Of a stretch of DNA of 64,000 bases, positions 1 to 12,684 are shown piece by piece (within the stretch, counting starts at the first letter, position 1; the number at the start of each line of letters is the position of its first letter). The stretch is from assembly GCF_964355755.1 (NCBI RefSeq), contig NC_092672.1, positions 27,162,437 to 27,226,436 on the forward strand, written 5' to 3'. Source of the stretch: Antedon mediterranea. Lineage: Eukaryota; Animalia; Echinodermata. A program made the translations under genes and the position numbers. The notes beneath the pieces are model-generated. The model ran no database searches. It was not told where the DNA came from and saw only the letters and a list, made by a program, of their open reading frames with translations.

Positions 1-2
1 AG

Positions 3-194
<192 letters not shown>

Positions 195-988
195 TTACCT
201 AAACACAAAAATACTTAATCATCAAATCAATTTCTAAGATTTCTTGTAATAAATATATGCATATCTGTTTTTAAAAAGGGGTAATAGGTTACGCCTACAC
301 ACAGAAATTAATTTTGTCACCACCATTTTTCTGCCTTTATACACTATGTTGTTTTTTCTATTGATTTTGCGCAGTCACAAAATCTTTCTAATTTTTTTCA
401 GCCATACAGTTATGTAGGCTAATCATTACAGTAATTTTGTTCTCATAATATGACCCTCTGTTCAGGAAGTACTTCTTCTGATGAAGATGGCTTCTGTAGC
501 ACGAAAATCATCTGTTCTTAATTAAAGTTAACGAAACCATCACAACAGTATCAATAACATTTTATTTGTATTGAACATGATTTTCACCAAAATATGCGTT
601 ATTGGTTAAATATATCTAAAGAATATGGATTACATTACATAGTTCTTAGCCCTCTAAAAAAGTTGCTCTTTTGGCATTCCATAGATTAGAAACAAACAAA
701 TTGAACATTGATTGAGTATTAAAAAACATAGGCCTAGCTAGGCCTAGCCTAGAGTGTGCGAAAAAACGTCTGTAAAATCATCAATTTAAAGATGTATTGT
801 CCCCAAAAAACATTAAAAATAAAGATTAATTAAATCAGACTTTTTAATATTTATTTATTTTGTAGTTTTTAATAAAGTTCAGTAGAAAAACAACCGAAAC
901 ATAATAATGTTTTCACTTATAAAATGACAAAAAAATTTAACCAAAAACCCATTGGTTGGCAGCCAATTTGACAATTTTTGAGACGGGT

Positions 989-2160
989 TGGTGAATTTTG
1001 TCCAAGATGGGGAAATTTCTGTCCAGAATGGGGAAATATTTTGTCCAGAATAAGAACAATAGCGATAGGTGGCGCTATAATCGTGTCCAAGATGGGGAAG
1101 CTGTCCAATATAGAGAAATCCGATTTGTCCAAAATGGGGAAATTTCTGTCCAAGATGGGGAAGTGGTGGCGCTATATCGTGTCCAAAATGGGGAAATTTC
1201 TGTCCAAGATGGGGAAGTGGTGGTGCTATATCGTGTCCAAAATGGGGAAATTTCTGTCCAAGATGGGGAAGTGGTGGCGCTATATCGTGTCCAAAATGGG
1301 GAAATTTCTGTCCAGAATGGGGAAATATTTTGTCCAGAATAAGAACAATAGCGATAGGTGGCGCTATAATCGTGTCCAAGATGGGGAAGCTGTCCAATAT
1401 AGAGAAATCCGATTTGTCCAAAATGGGGAAATTTCTGTCCAAGATGGGGAAGTGGTGGCGCTATATCGTGTCCAAAATGGGGAAATTTCTGTCCAAGATG
1501 GGGAAGTGGTGGTGCTATATCGTGTCCAAAATGGGGAAATTTCTGTCCAAGATGGGGAAGTGGTGGCGCTATATCGTGTCCAAAATGGGGAAATTTCTGT
1601 CCAGGATGGGGAAATGCTGTGTCAAAAATAGAGAAGCTGTCCAATATAGAGAAATCCGATTTGTCCAAAATGAAGAAATTTCTGTCCAGAATGGGGAAAT
1701 GCTGTGTCTGAAATAGAAGCTGTCCAATATAGAGAAATCCGATTTGTCCAAAATGGGGAAATTTCTGTCTAGGATGGGGAATTGCTGTGTCCAAAATAAG
1801 GAAGCTGTCCAATATAGATAAATCCGATTTGTCCAAAATGGGGAAATTTCTGTCCAGGATGGAGAAGTGCTGTGTCCAAAATAGAGCTGTCCAATATAGA
1901 GAAATCCGATTTGTCCAAAATGGGGACATTTTGCCCCGAGAGAAGGGCTGTGTCCAAAATAGAGAAACTGTCCAATATATAGAAATCCGATTTGTCCAAA
2001 GTGGGGAAATGTTGTCTAAAATAGAGAAATTTTTAGCAGAAAAATATAATTTTGACAAATTTCTCCAGAATAGAGAAGTGCTGTGTCCAAATTAGAGAAA
2101 CTACAGTATCCAAGGCCTAATAAATTCGATTTTTCCGAATTGTATAAAAGAGAAACTGTC
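989..2160 (+). repeat. Left subterminal tandem array (TGTCCAARATGGGGAA core, ~21-30 bp units)
   Basis: Dozens of TGTCC...TGGGGAA units that decay inward, including a 289-bp higher-order duplication (1021 vs 1310). Source of the many overlapping ORFs in 879-2095. Confidence 0.95.
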
Positions 2161-2164
2161 AAAT

Positions 2165-4747
2165 ATGTGCCCAAAATGTTCAATGACTTACCATTACAAA
2201 GATTATGAACTTGGTATTTATAACTATAATGATTCATTTTGTATTGGATTTTGATGTTTGTCTATGGCTTAGGTCAGGCGTGGATCATCACATAGCTACT
2301 GGTAGCATTGTTAAGCGAAACATCGGGCATAGAAATTGATCAAACATTGGTGTTGAATGCTTATTTAGCATTTGAAGCTCAATCAAATATCAATGAAGAT
2401 ATGCATTGCAATATATGTGTTTACCATCCCACAATAATGATCATGGATGTGAACAGAAAGGTTCATTTTAGGACAGCTTTTTCTGAACTTGGCAAGCCTC
2501 GTGAATGTAAAGAAAAAGTAGATTTCATAGAATTTTATGAACGAGTTAGTTTGCATATACTATCTAGAGGCCTCGTAAATCATTTTCCAATAACGGCTGG
2601 TCTGAACGAATGGTCTCCGTTTATCGGTGAGCATACAAGAAAAGACAATTTAATTTACAACACAGGATTCAGGAAAGTTTCAGAAGACGGTAACTTGACT
2701 GCTGACTGCAGACATATGAGTGAGGAGAGACTTTTTGAAATGCTCCACCAATCTACTGTTAAAGAAGTCAAGAAAATAGCTAAAACTATCAATCTTGCAT
2801 CAAAAGGAAGTAAGTTGGACATTATTTGTAGTATAAGGGAGGCTTTAGCCAAGAACCATAATAATTTCAATAGAATAATGAAGAAAATCTGGGGGTGTTC
2901 CGGGGGAATATTAACATCACATTGTCCCCATGGAGTAGTCTACGGAATTAAGTTTGTCCTACGAGCAGAATCGCCTCGAGATTACACAGACATAATCATG
3001 TCAATGAAACATAAGCCAAATATAATAATTGTGCACATGACACACGTTGTTGCAAAATTTGGTAACAATTTGCATTATGATGGTCAAACAGAGCCAATGT
3101 TCTTTCCGTTCGAAGGAAGAGAAGCTGATTCTACAGAGGAGAATATTTGGTGTGCAAAAGTTAATACTTTTAATGGGCTTCGTGCGACGTCGCAAACCGG
3201 GCATCCTGTAACTAGCTGGACAAAGCAGCACGTACGCGCTTTTCGACCGATTTCATGAGGCTAACACAAATAGCGAAACTGAATTTTTTTTTTAAATTAA
3301 TTTTGTACCACAATCGAAGTCTAAAACAAATACACAAGTTGCAGAACAATTGTATTCCTAATTAAATAAGTTCAAGCATTTTTTAAATGAAATGTCAATA
3401 GCGAATCATTTATTTATGGTAAAATCCTTAGTACACCGTCGAAATAATAAATTAAATGGAAACCACATTAAGTACATTAACAAGTCGTTCGGTCTTAAAA
3501 CAACCAAAGATAGTCTTGGAAGACTGATTATTTCAACGCTTAAGTCAAGTGTTGTAGCACAAACGACTGATGAACCCAATGACTGGTGGCTGAAGGAATA
3601 CCAACTATGATTACACCATAAAAAGCTTGTAGAAGAGAGACATAATGAGGTAGATAATAGGATTATAAATGCCGCCAACATAATTCTAAAGAGAAACTAT
3701 CCAGAAACACGTGGATTGCAAGACACCATCTATCAACAGCAAATGCACAATTTTGTCAAGACTACACAATATGTTCGAACTGGATTACAATATCAGACAA
3801 GCATTGGTACCAACAACTTACCAATAGTAACGTCGATGTGTACGATAGTTTACAGACATTGAATCCAAGAAATTACCCGTTAGAATTGACTCAGGTGGCA
3901 TGCAAGTTGATGGAACCCAGCATTCCCAACATGAATTTTCACGTAGGCCTACATGGTGTACAGCAACAACCTTATGCAAGTAACACTTGTGGCCATTTTT
4001 GTATAGCATTTGCATTTGCTGCTGCACTATGTGCAGGAAAAGATCCATCAACACTACGATTTGAAGAAGACGAGAGGGTTGTTAGGCGGAAGCTTGTTGA
4101 AGCATTTGAGAAGGGAGATTTTGCGTGGATATTTAGAAATTGATAACTGCCACAATGCCCCTGCATCAAGGATGTCCGCAATACCTCTGACAAACTGCTG
4201 CAACACACCCATCACTCCACAAGTCATCAACTGCTTTACATGCCACAAGCCTTATCATAAGGAATGCATAACACATGTCATGTGCGAAAGATGTACTCAT
4301 AAAAAGAAAATATATGATCAACAAGAGCGGTTACGAACCGAAGCAAGAAGAGAGACCCACAAGCAAGATCAACAGATGGTTAAGGACATACATTCGCTCT
4401 ACAACTACATAAACACTATTGTATACTTAGGAAAGTTACCTTAGGCCGAGGATCATGTGTTTCTTGTACCTTTAGGTAATGTTTACGGAGAAACACTTCA
4501 ATTATTGCATAAGAATAAAATTGGTTCCTCATCAATAATAAATATTAATAGTAAAAATGCTGCAGATTCGACGAGTGAATTACTTAATACTATGAAAATT
4601 TTTCTTGATGGAATTAGAGATGATCGGCAGAATGGGAAAGTTTTCAAGAAAATGGGAAGAACATCAGTAGCCATAATAAATCAGCACAGCAATTCACTCC
4701 CTGGTAAATTTAAAGGAATACACATTGACAGAATAGTTGCTCACTAA
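2165..4747 (+). pseudogene. Frameshifted KDZ (Zisupton/HMGXB3-like) transposase polyprotein with SAP, Ulp1/C48-like protease and PHD-like finger
   Basis: Across frames: CPKCSMTYHYKDYELGIYNYND (~2168); CNICVYHPTIMIMDVN; SAP-like LHQSTVKEVKKIAKTINLASKGSKLDII; SGGILTSHCPHGVVYGIKFVLRAESPRDYTD; FDRFHEANT (~3242); NTQVAEQL (~3329); DNRIINAA..GLQDT..KHW..YDSL..QQQPYASNTCGHFCIAFA; CC..CFTCHKPYHKEC..CERC. Multiple frameshifts and stops. Confidence 0.88.
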
Positions 4748-5654
4748 TAACATTTGTATAGACACAAAGATTTTGAGAGAAATTTAACCCCCAAAAAAAA
4801 TCTAATTGAGCATAAACCTTACAGAAAATGCAAAGCACTGGCTGTTAATCATATTTTAATATCAACATAATTATTAGCCCTAAACTATGCCTATTTGGAG
4901 TAGGAAATAACGTATTTAAAGCACTAATTAATACTATGTTACAAATATGCAAACACTCGTATACTATTGTAAAGTGAGAATTAGTTAATTAGTTAAAATT
5001 AGGCCAAATATTGCACGATTTGTCAATGATATCACTTAGTTTATAGCTGGAAATAAATGATTCGGCGTGTACGTTTGATTTTAAACCATTGAGTTACTAT
5101 AATAACTCAAGGATTCCATCATGTGGTCGAAATTCCATGTGGAATTACTGCATGTGACGATAGATTAATACCCGCGGCCTGTGGTCGAAAAAAAAAACAA
5201 AAACAAAAACAAATAAAGAAAAAATAAAAAGGATAGAAAGAAGAAAAAGAAGTGACAACATGTATTAAATATATTAATAAATATTCTGTACTCTTACTGA
5301 TGTGGTATAATAATGGCGGTGCCGGTACTAATTTTTTTGTGGTTTTTATGCTTGGAATTTAATATAATATACTGTAGTTTTTAACGTCAGATAAATGTAT
5401 AGATTCAGTGAAAATTTACTTCAGAAGTAAATTGGAACCACATCCCTCACTATGTTTATTATACTTAAAATTAGCTGATAACGGTGGTAATTATTTAATT
5501 AATAGAACACCTTTCCACTTCAAATGTACTTGTAAAGTGTAACATAGTACTGTTATTATTATGTACATTTTGTTGTGTTTTCAGATTAGAAGTGTGAACT
5601 TAATTAAAGTTTTAAAACAAAAAAAAGTGTCTTATGTTGTTTTAATGTTTTGCT

Positions 5655-6146
5655 TTCTCTATATTGTGCAGCTTCCCTATTTTGGACACAGCACTTCCCC
5701 ATTCTGGACAGAAATTTCTCCATTTTGGACAAATCGTCTTTCTCTATATTGGACAACTTCCCCATCTTGGACACAGCACTTCCCCATTCTGGACAGAAAT
5801 TTCCCCATTCTAGACAAATCGGATTTCTCTATATTGGACAGCTTCCCTATTTTTGACACAGCATTTCCCCATCCTGGACAGAAATTTCCCCATTTTGGAC
5901 ACGATATAGCGCCACCACTTCACCATCCTGGACAGAAATTTCCCCATTTTGGACACGATATAGCGCCACCACTTCCCCATCTTGGACAGAAATTTCCCCA
6001 TTTTGGACAAATCGGATTTCTCTATATTGGACAGCTTCCCCATCTTGGACACGATTATAGCGCCACCTATCGCTTTTGTCCTTATTCTGGACAAAATATT
6101 TCCCCATTCTGGACAGAAATTTCCCCATCTTGGACAAAATTCACCA
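5655..6146 (-). repeat. Right subterminal tandem array, inverted copy of the left array
   Basis: TTCCCCATYTTGGACA units are the reverse complement of 989-2160; this array is shorter (~0.5 kb). Confidence 0.95.
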
Positions 6147-6479
6147 CACCTATTGCAATTTTTTGCTTTAAATTACAGTTTTTTTCAGGTAAATACATTT
6201 TTTTTCGATCCAATGTTTGGTCAAAGTGGACAACTATTATGTTTACATTAAAATGGCATAGGCCTAGGCCTAGGCTATTCAACAAAAATGTTGTTAAGAA
6301 TAATTTTTTCAGGGGGACAATACATCTTTAAAAGAATTATTTTTTTAAAATTATTATATGTGATTTTTCTTCATAAATAAAGCCTTGGCCTAGCCTAATT
6401 CTAAGGTATGGTGGTAGCGTATTCAGGATAAAGATTTTTAGAGTTTAATATTAATAAATACAAATCAGGTGCGAAAGGG

Positions 6480-6850
6480 AACTAGCCTAGGCCTAGGCTC
6501 CCTACTAGCACCGCGCCGCCTAGGCAGGAGGCTACCAGGTAGCCTACAGTAGTAGCTATCTAGCCTAGGTAGGCCTAGACCTACTAGGTTAGGCCAAGGC
6601 TAGTGGTCTAGCCTAGCTAGAGAGGCCTAACTTAACTAGCCTAGGGCCAGGCCTAGCTAGTATGCTAGGCCTAGAAGGCCTAGTTAGTAGGCTAGCCTAA
6701 GGCCTAGCCTAGGCCTAGGCCTAGGTAGTATAATAAAGTAGCCTAGGTCTAGGCCTAGGGTCTACACCTAAACGTAATTATCAGATTCTTATCTACCTCA
6801 CATATTCATAATCATATTTACCAAAAATGGAATCAGTTAGGCCTAGGCCT
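6480..6850. repeat. CTAG/AGGCCT-rich low-complexity tract
   Basis: Dense irregular GCCTAG/AGGCCT/CTAG words next to the inferred divergent promoter. Confidence 0.85.
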
Positions 6851-6859
6851 ATGCCTTCA

Positions 6860-7250
6860 ATTTCAATGAGTCTTTACAACCTAAAAAGTAGCATATATAC
6901 AGCGTCGCATCGCTTAGCAATGGAATGCTATTTCCGGTGTGAAAAAAAATGGTCTAGCGCCCTCATGCGCCCAGAATTAATATAAGCTCCTCTTACTTAA
7001 CTTTGGCCTCTCTAAAAATAAAACTCAGCACGGGAATGCAATAATACAATAAGGCACGTTTTATAGGTAAAATAAAAGTATAAAATACAGTTATATAGTT
7101 CTCATAGCCTAATATTTATCTATTATTCTTCTCTCGATGTGATTGACAGACTTATTATTTAGCTAGCTAGACTGGTTGTAGGGTAAACGGGCCAGTAGCT
7201 AGTACATTAGTAGTAGATAGTGGACTTTGGCCTACTGCTGCTGGTATGTG
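6860..7250. promoter_or_regulatory. Probable divergent promoter region for CCDC157 (-) and the SLC43 gene (+)
   Basis: Both ATG-bearing exons begin with splice acceptors, so upstream non-coding exons are needed. Local CpG words, an ETS-like TTCCGG (~6932), a donor-like ctg|gtatgt (~7244) and CTAG-rich tracts on both sides. Inference only. Confidence 0.45.
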
Positions 7251-7581
7251 TACTTACTACCTAACTTGTCTGGAATGTCACTTTCTTTATACCGGATATT
7301 AACACGTACCCGTAGGCCTAGTACTGACTACACTAGCAGTATACTATCCTGTAACAGTTTCGTTCATAACAGCTATTAAATTATTGTTCCACATCTAATT
7401 TTGATATCGCTATGTTAAAAATTCAAATATAAAATTAAAAGTAGAAAGTAGGCCTTGAATAGTCTGCGCGTATTTGAAAATCACAATAACATTTCCCGTT
7501 GCCTATATAAAATAATTCTCTGTTTTGACATGGAATCTTATTATGAATAATCATGTATTTTCTAATTTCTTACAGCCCACA

Positions 7582-10500
7582 ATGCTGAACCTCAGTGCAA
7601 GAGTCCGGAAGAAAGTAACACTGTTCTGTAGTCTGGGTGAATGTCTCGTCTTTGGAGGACCAACATTTGGCTGGGCATCCCTGGTTTATGTTCTCCGAGA
7701 CAGGGGGTATTTTAGTGAATTGTGTGCCAACGAAACAGTAAATTTAACTGATTTTAATCAGGATGATGAATACTATCCAACGTGCGCAGAACAAGATGCG
7801 CTTCTACAACTTGTTTTTATCATTGGAGCGTTTGGCGTTAATTCATCGTCGCTCTTTTTTGGTCCTGTATATGATAAATATGGGTCGCGACTAACAAGAC
7901 TTATAGGCAGGTAGGCCCCTATTATGGTGATCTAATGATCTGACCTGTTACGTTAAATGTGAATTTTAACAAAATAAACTTAAAATGAACATATTAAGAT
8001 TATCAAACTAACCTTACAGTATATAAGATAAAATAATTATATAATTATAAAGTGAACAGATTAAACATTAAACTTATAAAATGAACAAAGTAAACATTAA
8101 ACTTATAAATTAAAATGAACAAATTAAACTAATAAAATAACATAATTAAACTTATAAAATGAACAAATTAAATATTAAACTTATAAATTAAAATGAACAA
8201 ATTAAACTTATAAAATGAACAAATTCATTGAATTTTGACAAATAAATGGAATTTTGGCTGCCAATATTTAAAAAAAAAAACAAATTTGTTGTTTTGTACA
8301 GTAATTTTCCACTTCAAACTATGTTGAATTAATTTTTTTCAGTTTATTCATCTTGTCAGCTTGTCTGTTGTTTGCTTTTAGTAGTCAATCAACAGCATAT
8401 CTAATTTTTCCAGCGTTGCATCTTCTAGCAAGTGGCGGTATTCTCATACTCATCACAAGTTTTCAGGTAACATCTCCCCCCCCCCCCCAATTGGTCAGCA
8501 CCATATTACCATACTGACCAGGTATAAGTCCACCCTCAATGTCCAGTTTGGGGATGGGATACTAAAAAAAAGCCAACCTATTTAGAGAAATACATTTCCA
8601 CCAATGAGACTGCTACAGTGCACTTTTTTCATACTTGTCTCATAATTTGTGGAGAAGGGCAAGTGTTGGTTTATTCAGGTAAGCTAGGCACGAAATAGGC
8701 TAAGAATAAAAATCATTTTTTTTATATATTATTTTGAATAACAACATTCCAACATGCTTTATGGTTTATGTATTTAACTCTGTGTTTTAACTATGTTGAA
8801 TAATGTTGTTAATTGTTATTTTAAGTACGTATAAAGCTGGTTCACTTTTTTTGCAATTTATAAATTATTTTTTATTTTCTATTTTATCACTGTTATAATT
8901 ATTCAAAGGTTGGTAATTTATTTGGAAACTATCGATCAACAGTCGTAACACTTCATAGTGGTGCTTTTGGATCATCTGCCATCATAATGCTTTTTATTAA
9001 GGTAATAACTTATTATTACTAACAATTAAAATATATTTCATTCCATCATACTCATAATATTGAAAATTATAAAATGAAATGGTCATCAACGTAAATAAGT
9101 AAAACGGTTAATTTTCTTACATTTTCTAGATTGTTTACAGTGCAGGAGTTTCTATGATGTCATGTTTTTTGTTCTTAGGGGGAGTAGCACTTATTTTTAG
9201 TTTGAACACGTTTCTGCTTCTACCGAAATATAAGATTCCTTGGCCGTTACCTGATAATTGGGGAACGCCAGTTAAGGCATCTGGACATATTCAAATGGAA
9301 GAACAGCCAGTCTTAGAACCAATAAACATTGGTAAGTAATCGCATTTCTATTACAATTTAGAGCTAAATATACATAAGTATAAGAAAATTACAACGAAAG
9401 AAAAGAATTACAACGAATTGCACAATGAGAACAATTTACATTTGCAATAAAGTTTATAAAGAATTTACAAAAGGATTTCATTATTTGTTCATATACAGTG
9501 CTCGTTGCTCAATATTTCTAAGCGCTTCACATTATTACTCTAATAATTTTTTGGATCAAGCATCTACATATATATATACAGTAGAAACATACTCCCATAA
9601 TGCAGCTAGTAATCAGAGCAAAGGTGTGTGTTGATCCAACCAGGTACCCATTTATACACCTGGGTAGAGAGAGGCAAACGTAAGTGTCTTAAAAGATACA
9701 AGCAACCCGATGAGAGGATTCAAACTGCATGATCTCATTATCAGTAATCCAACGGCCTACACACTGTGCCACACACCCTTTATATACACATTATAAATAA
9801 GCTAAAGTATTTTTTGTATTGTTTCTGTCTTGTTAGATCCTTTAACAAGTTGTAATACAGTAAACACTATATCCTGGCAAGATATTGAGTACCCAACACT
9901 TATTAGCTGCTTTAAGTCGGTTATGTTTGTATTATTTTTATCCTGGTTTGCAATACTGCAACTTGTGCATCTATTTTACATTGGAACGTTCAATCCCCGT
10001 TTTCAACTACTAACTGGTGATGATCAAGATTCAAGTAAGTGCTTACAAATACAGGTACTGTACACAAATAAACATCCCAAGGTTTCGAATAAGAAATCAA
10101 GCTACCTAAATAAAGATTCCAAGGTTTTGGATAAGAAATGTACTGTAGGTACCTAAATAAAGATTCCAAGGTTCTGGATAAGAAATCTACTGTAGGTACC
10201 TAAATAAAGATTCCAAGGTTCTGGATAAGAAATCTACTGTAGGTACCTAAATAAAGATTCCAAGGTTCTGGATAAGATAGGTATCTACAGTAAATAAGCA
10301 TTCCAAGGTTTTGAATAGTTACCTAAATAAACATTCCAAGATTTTGAAAATTCTAGAGTCCTAAATAAGAAATATACGTGGTTAAATAAACATTCCAGGG
10401 TCATGAATAAGAAATCAAGGGTCTTGAAAAAAAAGGCATAGGGAGTCCTAAATATTTATATTACAAAGTCATCAATTATACTTTCAGGGTTCTGAATAAG

Positions 10501-12684
10501 CAATTAATATTGATAAATCCTGAATATTAAGTTTAGGGGTCATACATTTAGGTTTCTTTTTAACAAACACTACATTGTGTTATCAATAACTATTGTTTCA
10601 GTCAGTATGTATACAACAAGTTTCACTACCATTCAGGCAACTGGTGTTTTGTTTGCTCCACTTTGTGGACTTGTGATTGATAGAAACAAAAAGAAATTGA
10701 CAAAGGAGAGAAGAGGTTGGTTAATTTTGAAATATCAAATGTAAAGTAGACTTTTAATATTAGCTCTCTGTCTACACTATCAAACTAGTTTGAAAAAAGT
10801 GTGTTGTACCCAAATATGGTAGTAATATGATATATCATGATGATGTCAAATCACTACCACAGTTGGGCATATCACTTCCATATTTGGGTACATCACATTT
10901 TGTTTGTTAAACTAGTTTGATTAGATAGTGTAGACAGAGCTTAATGCAGCCATTACTTAATTTTCATTTATTGATTGCTCTTTGTTAGCTGCAAATTAGC
11001 CATTCATAATCTTGCCGCTAATACATCCACGCATTATCAACTTCACACATATATTCAGCTCATTTCTTTTATTTCCATCTCTTTGCAGTTGTTCTTTAAC
11101 CTCTGTTCCCACTTGAATGCAACGCAAGCTCAATATTAAGCTCTGTTCCCACTTGAACACAATGCAAGCTCATCGCAACTAATGTTTAATCACGATGCGA
11201 TCCTTGTGTTGCATCCTAGTGTGAATCAAGCTGTAGCTTTGCAACTACAAATCACACATGCAAGATCCTGTAAATTACAATTTTTCAATTTAAATTTTAG
11301 GATCAGAGAATCGAACTTCTCTCGATGATCTACAAGACTGTATTTTAGCGATTGTAGTGACGAACCTCATTACAGCTGCATTCAGCATCGGCATGATGAT
11401 ACCTATATTACAAGTTCAGTTCGTCACTTTCTTCCTTCAAGTTATGGGACGTGCATTTCTTTACGGAATATTGGCTGCATTTGTTGCAACAACGTAAGCT
11501 AGGAAATATATAGATGTGTCTTAATTATATTCACAAAAAGGAGTTTTTAAATAGGAGCCTGGGAAATTACAGAAATGTGTTGACTTCCTTTTGTGTAAAC
11601 CTTTTCAATACAGTGTTGTTTTGTCTATCCTTTTTGGTCTGCAATCAGACTTTAGTGTATATTGTTCTAAAAATCCAGGTACTGCTTTTTTTTATGGTCT
11701 AGTCTTCCACCTAGTTTTTGATTCAAAACAGAAAGAGCGGAATATATTGAATACTAGAACAGTAGGTGTGTTATAAAACAAGTAATAAATGTATTGTATT
11801 TGTTGAATGGAAAGACTATTTTATTTGTTGAATGGAAAGACTATTTTATTTGTTGAATTTGAAAGACTATTTTGTTTCTTTAATGGGAAGGCTATTTTAT
11901 TTGTTGAGTGGAATCACTATTTTATTTGTTGAGTGGAAAGACTATTTTATTTGTTGAATGGAAAGACTATTTTATTTGTTGAATGGAAAGACCTATTTAT
12001 TTGTTGAAGAATGAAAAGACTATTTTATTTGCTTAAGAATGAAAAGACTATTGCACTTTCTGAAAGCCATTTTACTCATAAACATTAGAAAACCTTTAAA
12101 GGTACCAACAATATGGTCAAGGTCAACGGTTATTTTAAAGTCTTAAAAACAAACTTGTATCTCAAACTATTTTATTTGTACTAAAATCAATTTGTTTTTG
12201 TCCCCACCAGGTTTCCTGGCCGATATTTTGGTTCTGTATATGGAGTGAACTCTATTGTTGCAGCCTGTGTAGCTCTTCTGCAATTTCCACTTTTTAAATT
12301 AGTTCAAAAATATTTTGATAATAATGCATTATTTGTAAGTTATTTTCTATTTTACAAACAAATAATTGGTTTTTTCCCTTTTCTAAACGGTACTGCAAAT
12401 GTAATTAACATCAGATGCATTTGTAACCAGGCTTAATCAGTATTAAAGCAAATCAATGTCCTCATTTTTACAAAATATTTAAATTATTGATATATATTCA
12501 TAAATCTATTGTTTTCTTTTTGTTGTAGGTAGATCTGTTTCTACTCATCTTAAATCTGTGTACTCTTTCTCAACCACTTTATGTTTACTATTTCGTATCC
12601 AAGAGAAAACATGCTGCCATGGTAACAGAAGACCAAGCAACCTTTTTTGAGAGTGAAGAAGATTCTAGAGTAAAAGAGATTTGA
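7582..12684 (+). CDS. SLC43-family MFS transporter (SLC43A3/ENBT1- or LAT3/4-like), 9 coding exons, 510 aa
   Basis: Exons 7582-7910, 8343-8466, 8909-9001, 9130-9331, 9837-10034, 10602-10715, 11301-11493, 12211-12334, 12529-12684. All introns GT-AG and phase-consistent, 1533 nt. Motifs: [72 protein letters not shown]. Confidence 0.92.
7975..8230. repeat. Degenerate AT-rich minisatellite (TAAAATGAACAAATTAAACTTA)
   Basis: Repeated aaaatgaac...attaaactta units in an intron. Confidence 0.8.
9500..9775 (-). mobile_element. tRNA-derived SINE, degenerate
   Basis: Shares aaacatactccca..gcagctagtaatcag..ccaggtacccatttatacacctgggt..gagaggcaa with the copy at 54627-54895. Confidence 0.75.
10065..10500. 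repeat. 47-bp minisatellite with degenerate flanks
   Basis: taaataaagattccaaggttctggataagaaatctactgtaggtacc at 10154 and 10201, with related units on both sides. Confidence 0.9.
10762..10941. mobile_element. Palindromic MITE (Harbinger-like); second copy at ~39969-40114
   Basis: TIR ctctgtctacactatcaaact...agtgtagacagagc with TTA/TAA flanks. Confidence 0.75.
11795..12052. repeat. 25-bp minisatellite
   Basis: tgttgaatggaaagactattttatt units at 11801, 11826 and onward; about 10 copies. Confidence 0.9.

Larger units (their letters stand above)
980..6155 (+). mobile_element. Zisupton/KDZ-type DNA transposon, defective, with long inverted subterminal tandem arrays
   Basis: 8-bp TSD CAATTTTT (972-979 and 6156-6163). 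The inverted repeat TGGTGAATTTTGTCCAAGATGGGGAAATTTC starts 9 nt inside each end. Internal HMGXB3-like KDZ transposase, SAP, Ulp1-like protease and PHD remnants. Confidence 0.85.
790..6327. mobile_element. TTAA-flanked MITE (Kolobok-like), split by the Zisupton-like insertion
   Basis: TTAA|AGATGTATTGTCCCC (790) ... GGGGACAATACATCT|TTAA (6327). Halves 790-979 and 6156-6327 join to match the uninterrupted copy at 35648-35977. AG..CT termini plus a TTAA TSD fit Kolobok. Confidence 0.8.

Noticed and set aside
879-2095. Many overlapping ORFs on both strands (also 5561-6331)
   Set aside because: Translation artefacts of stop-poor tandem arrays that are the transposon's inverted ends.
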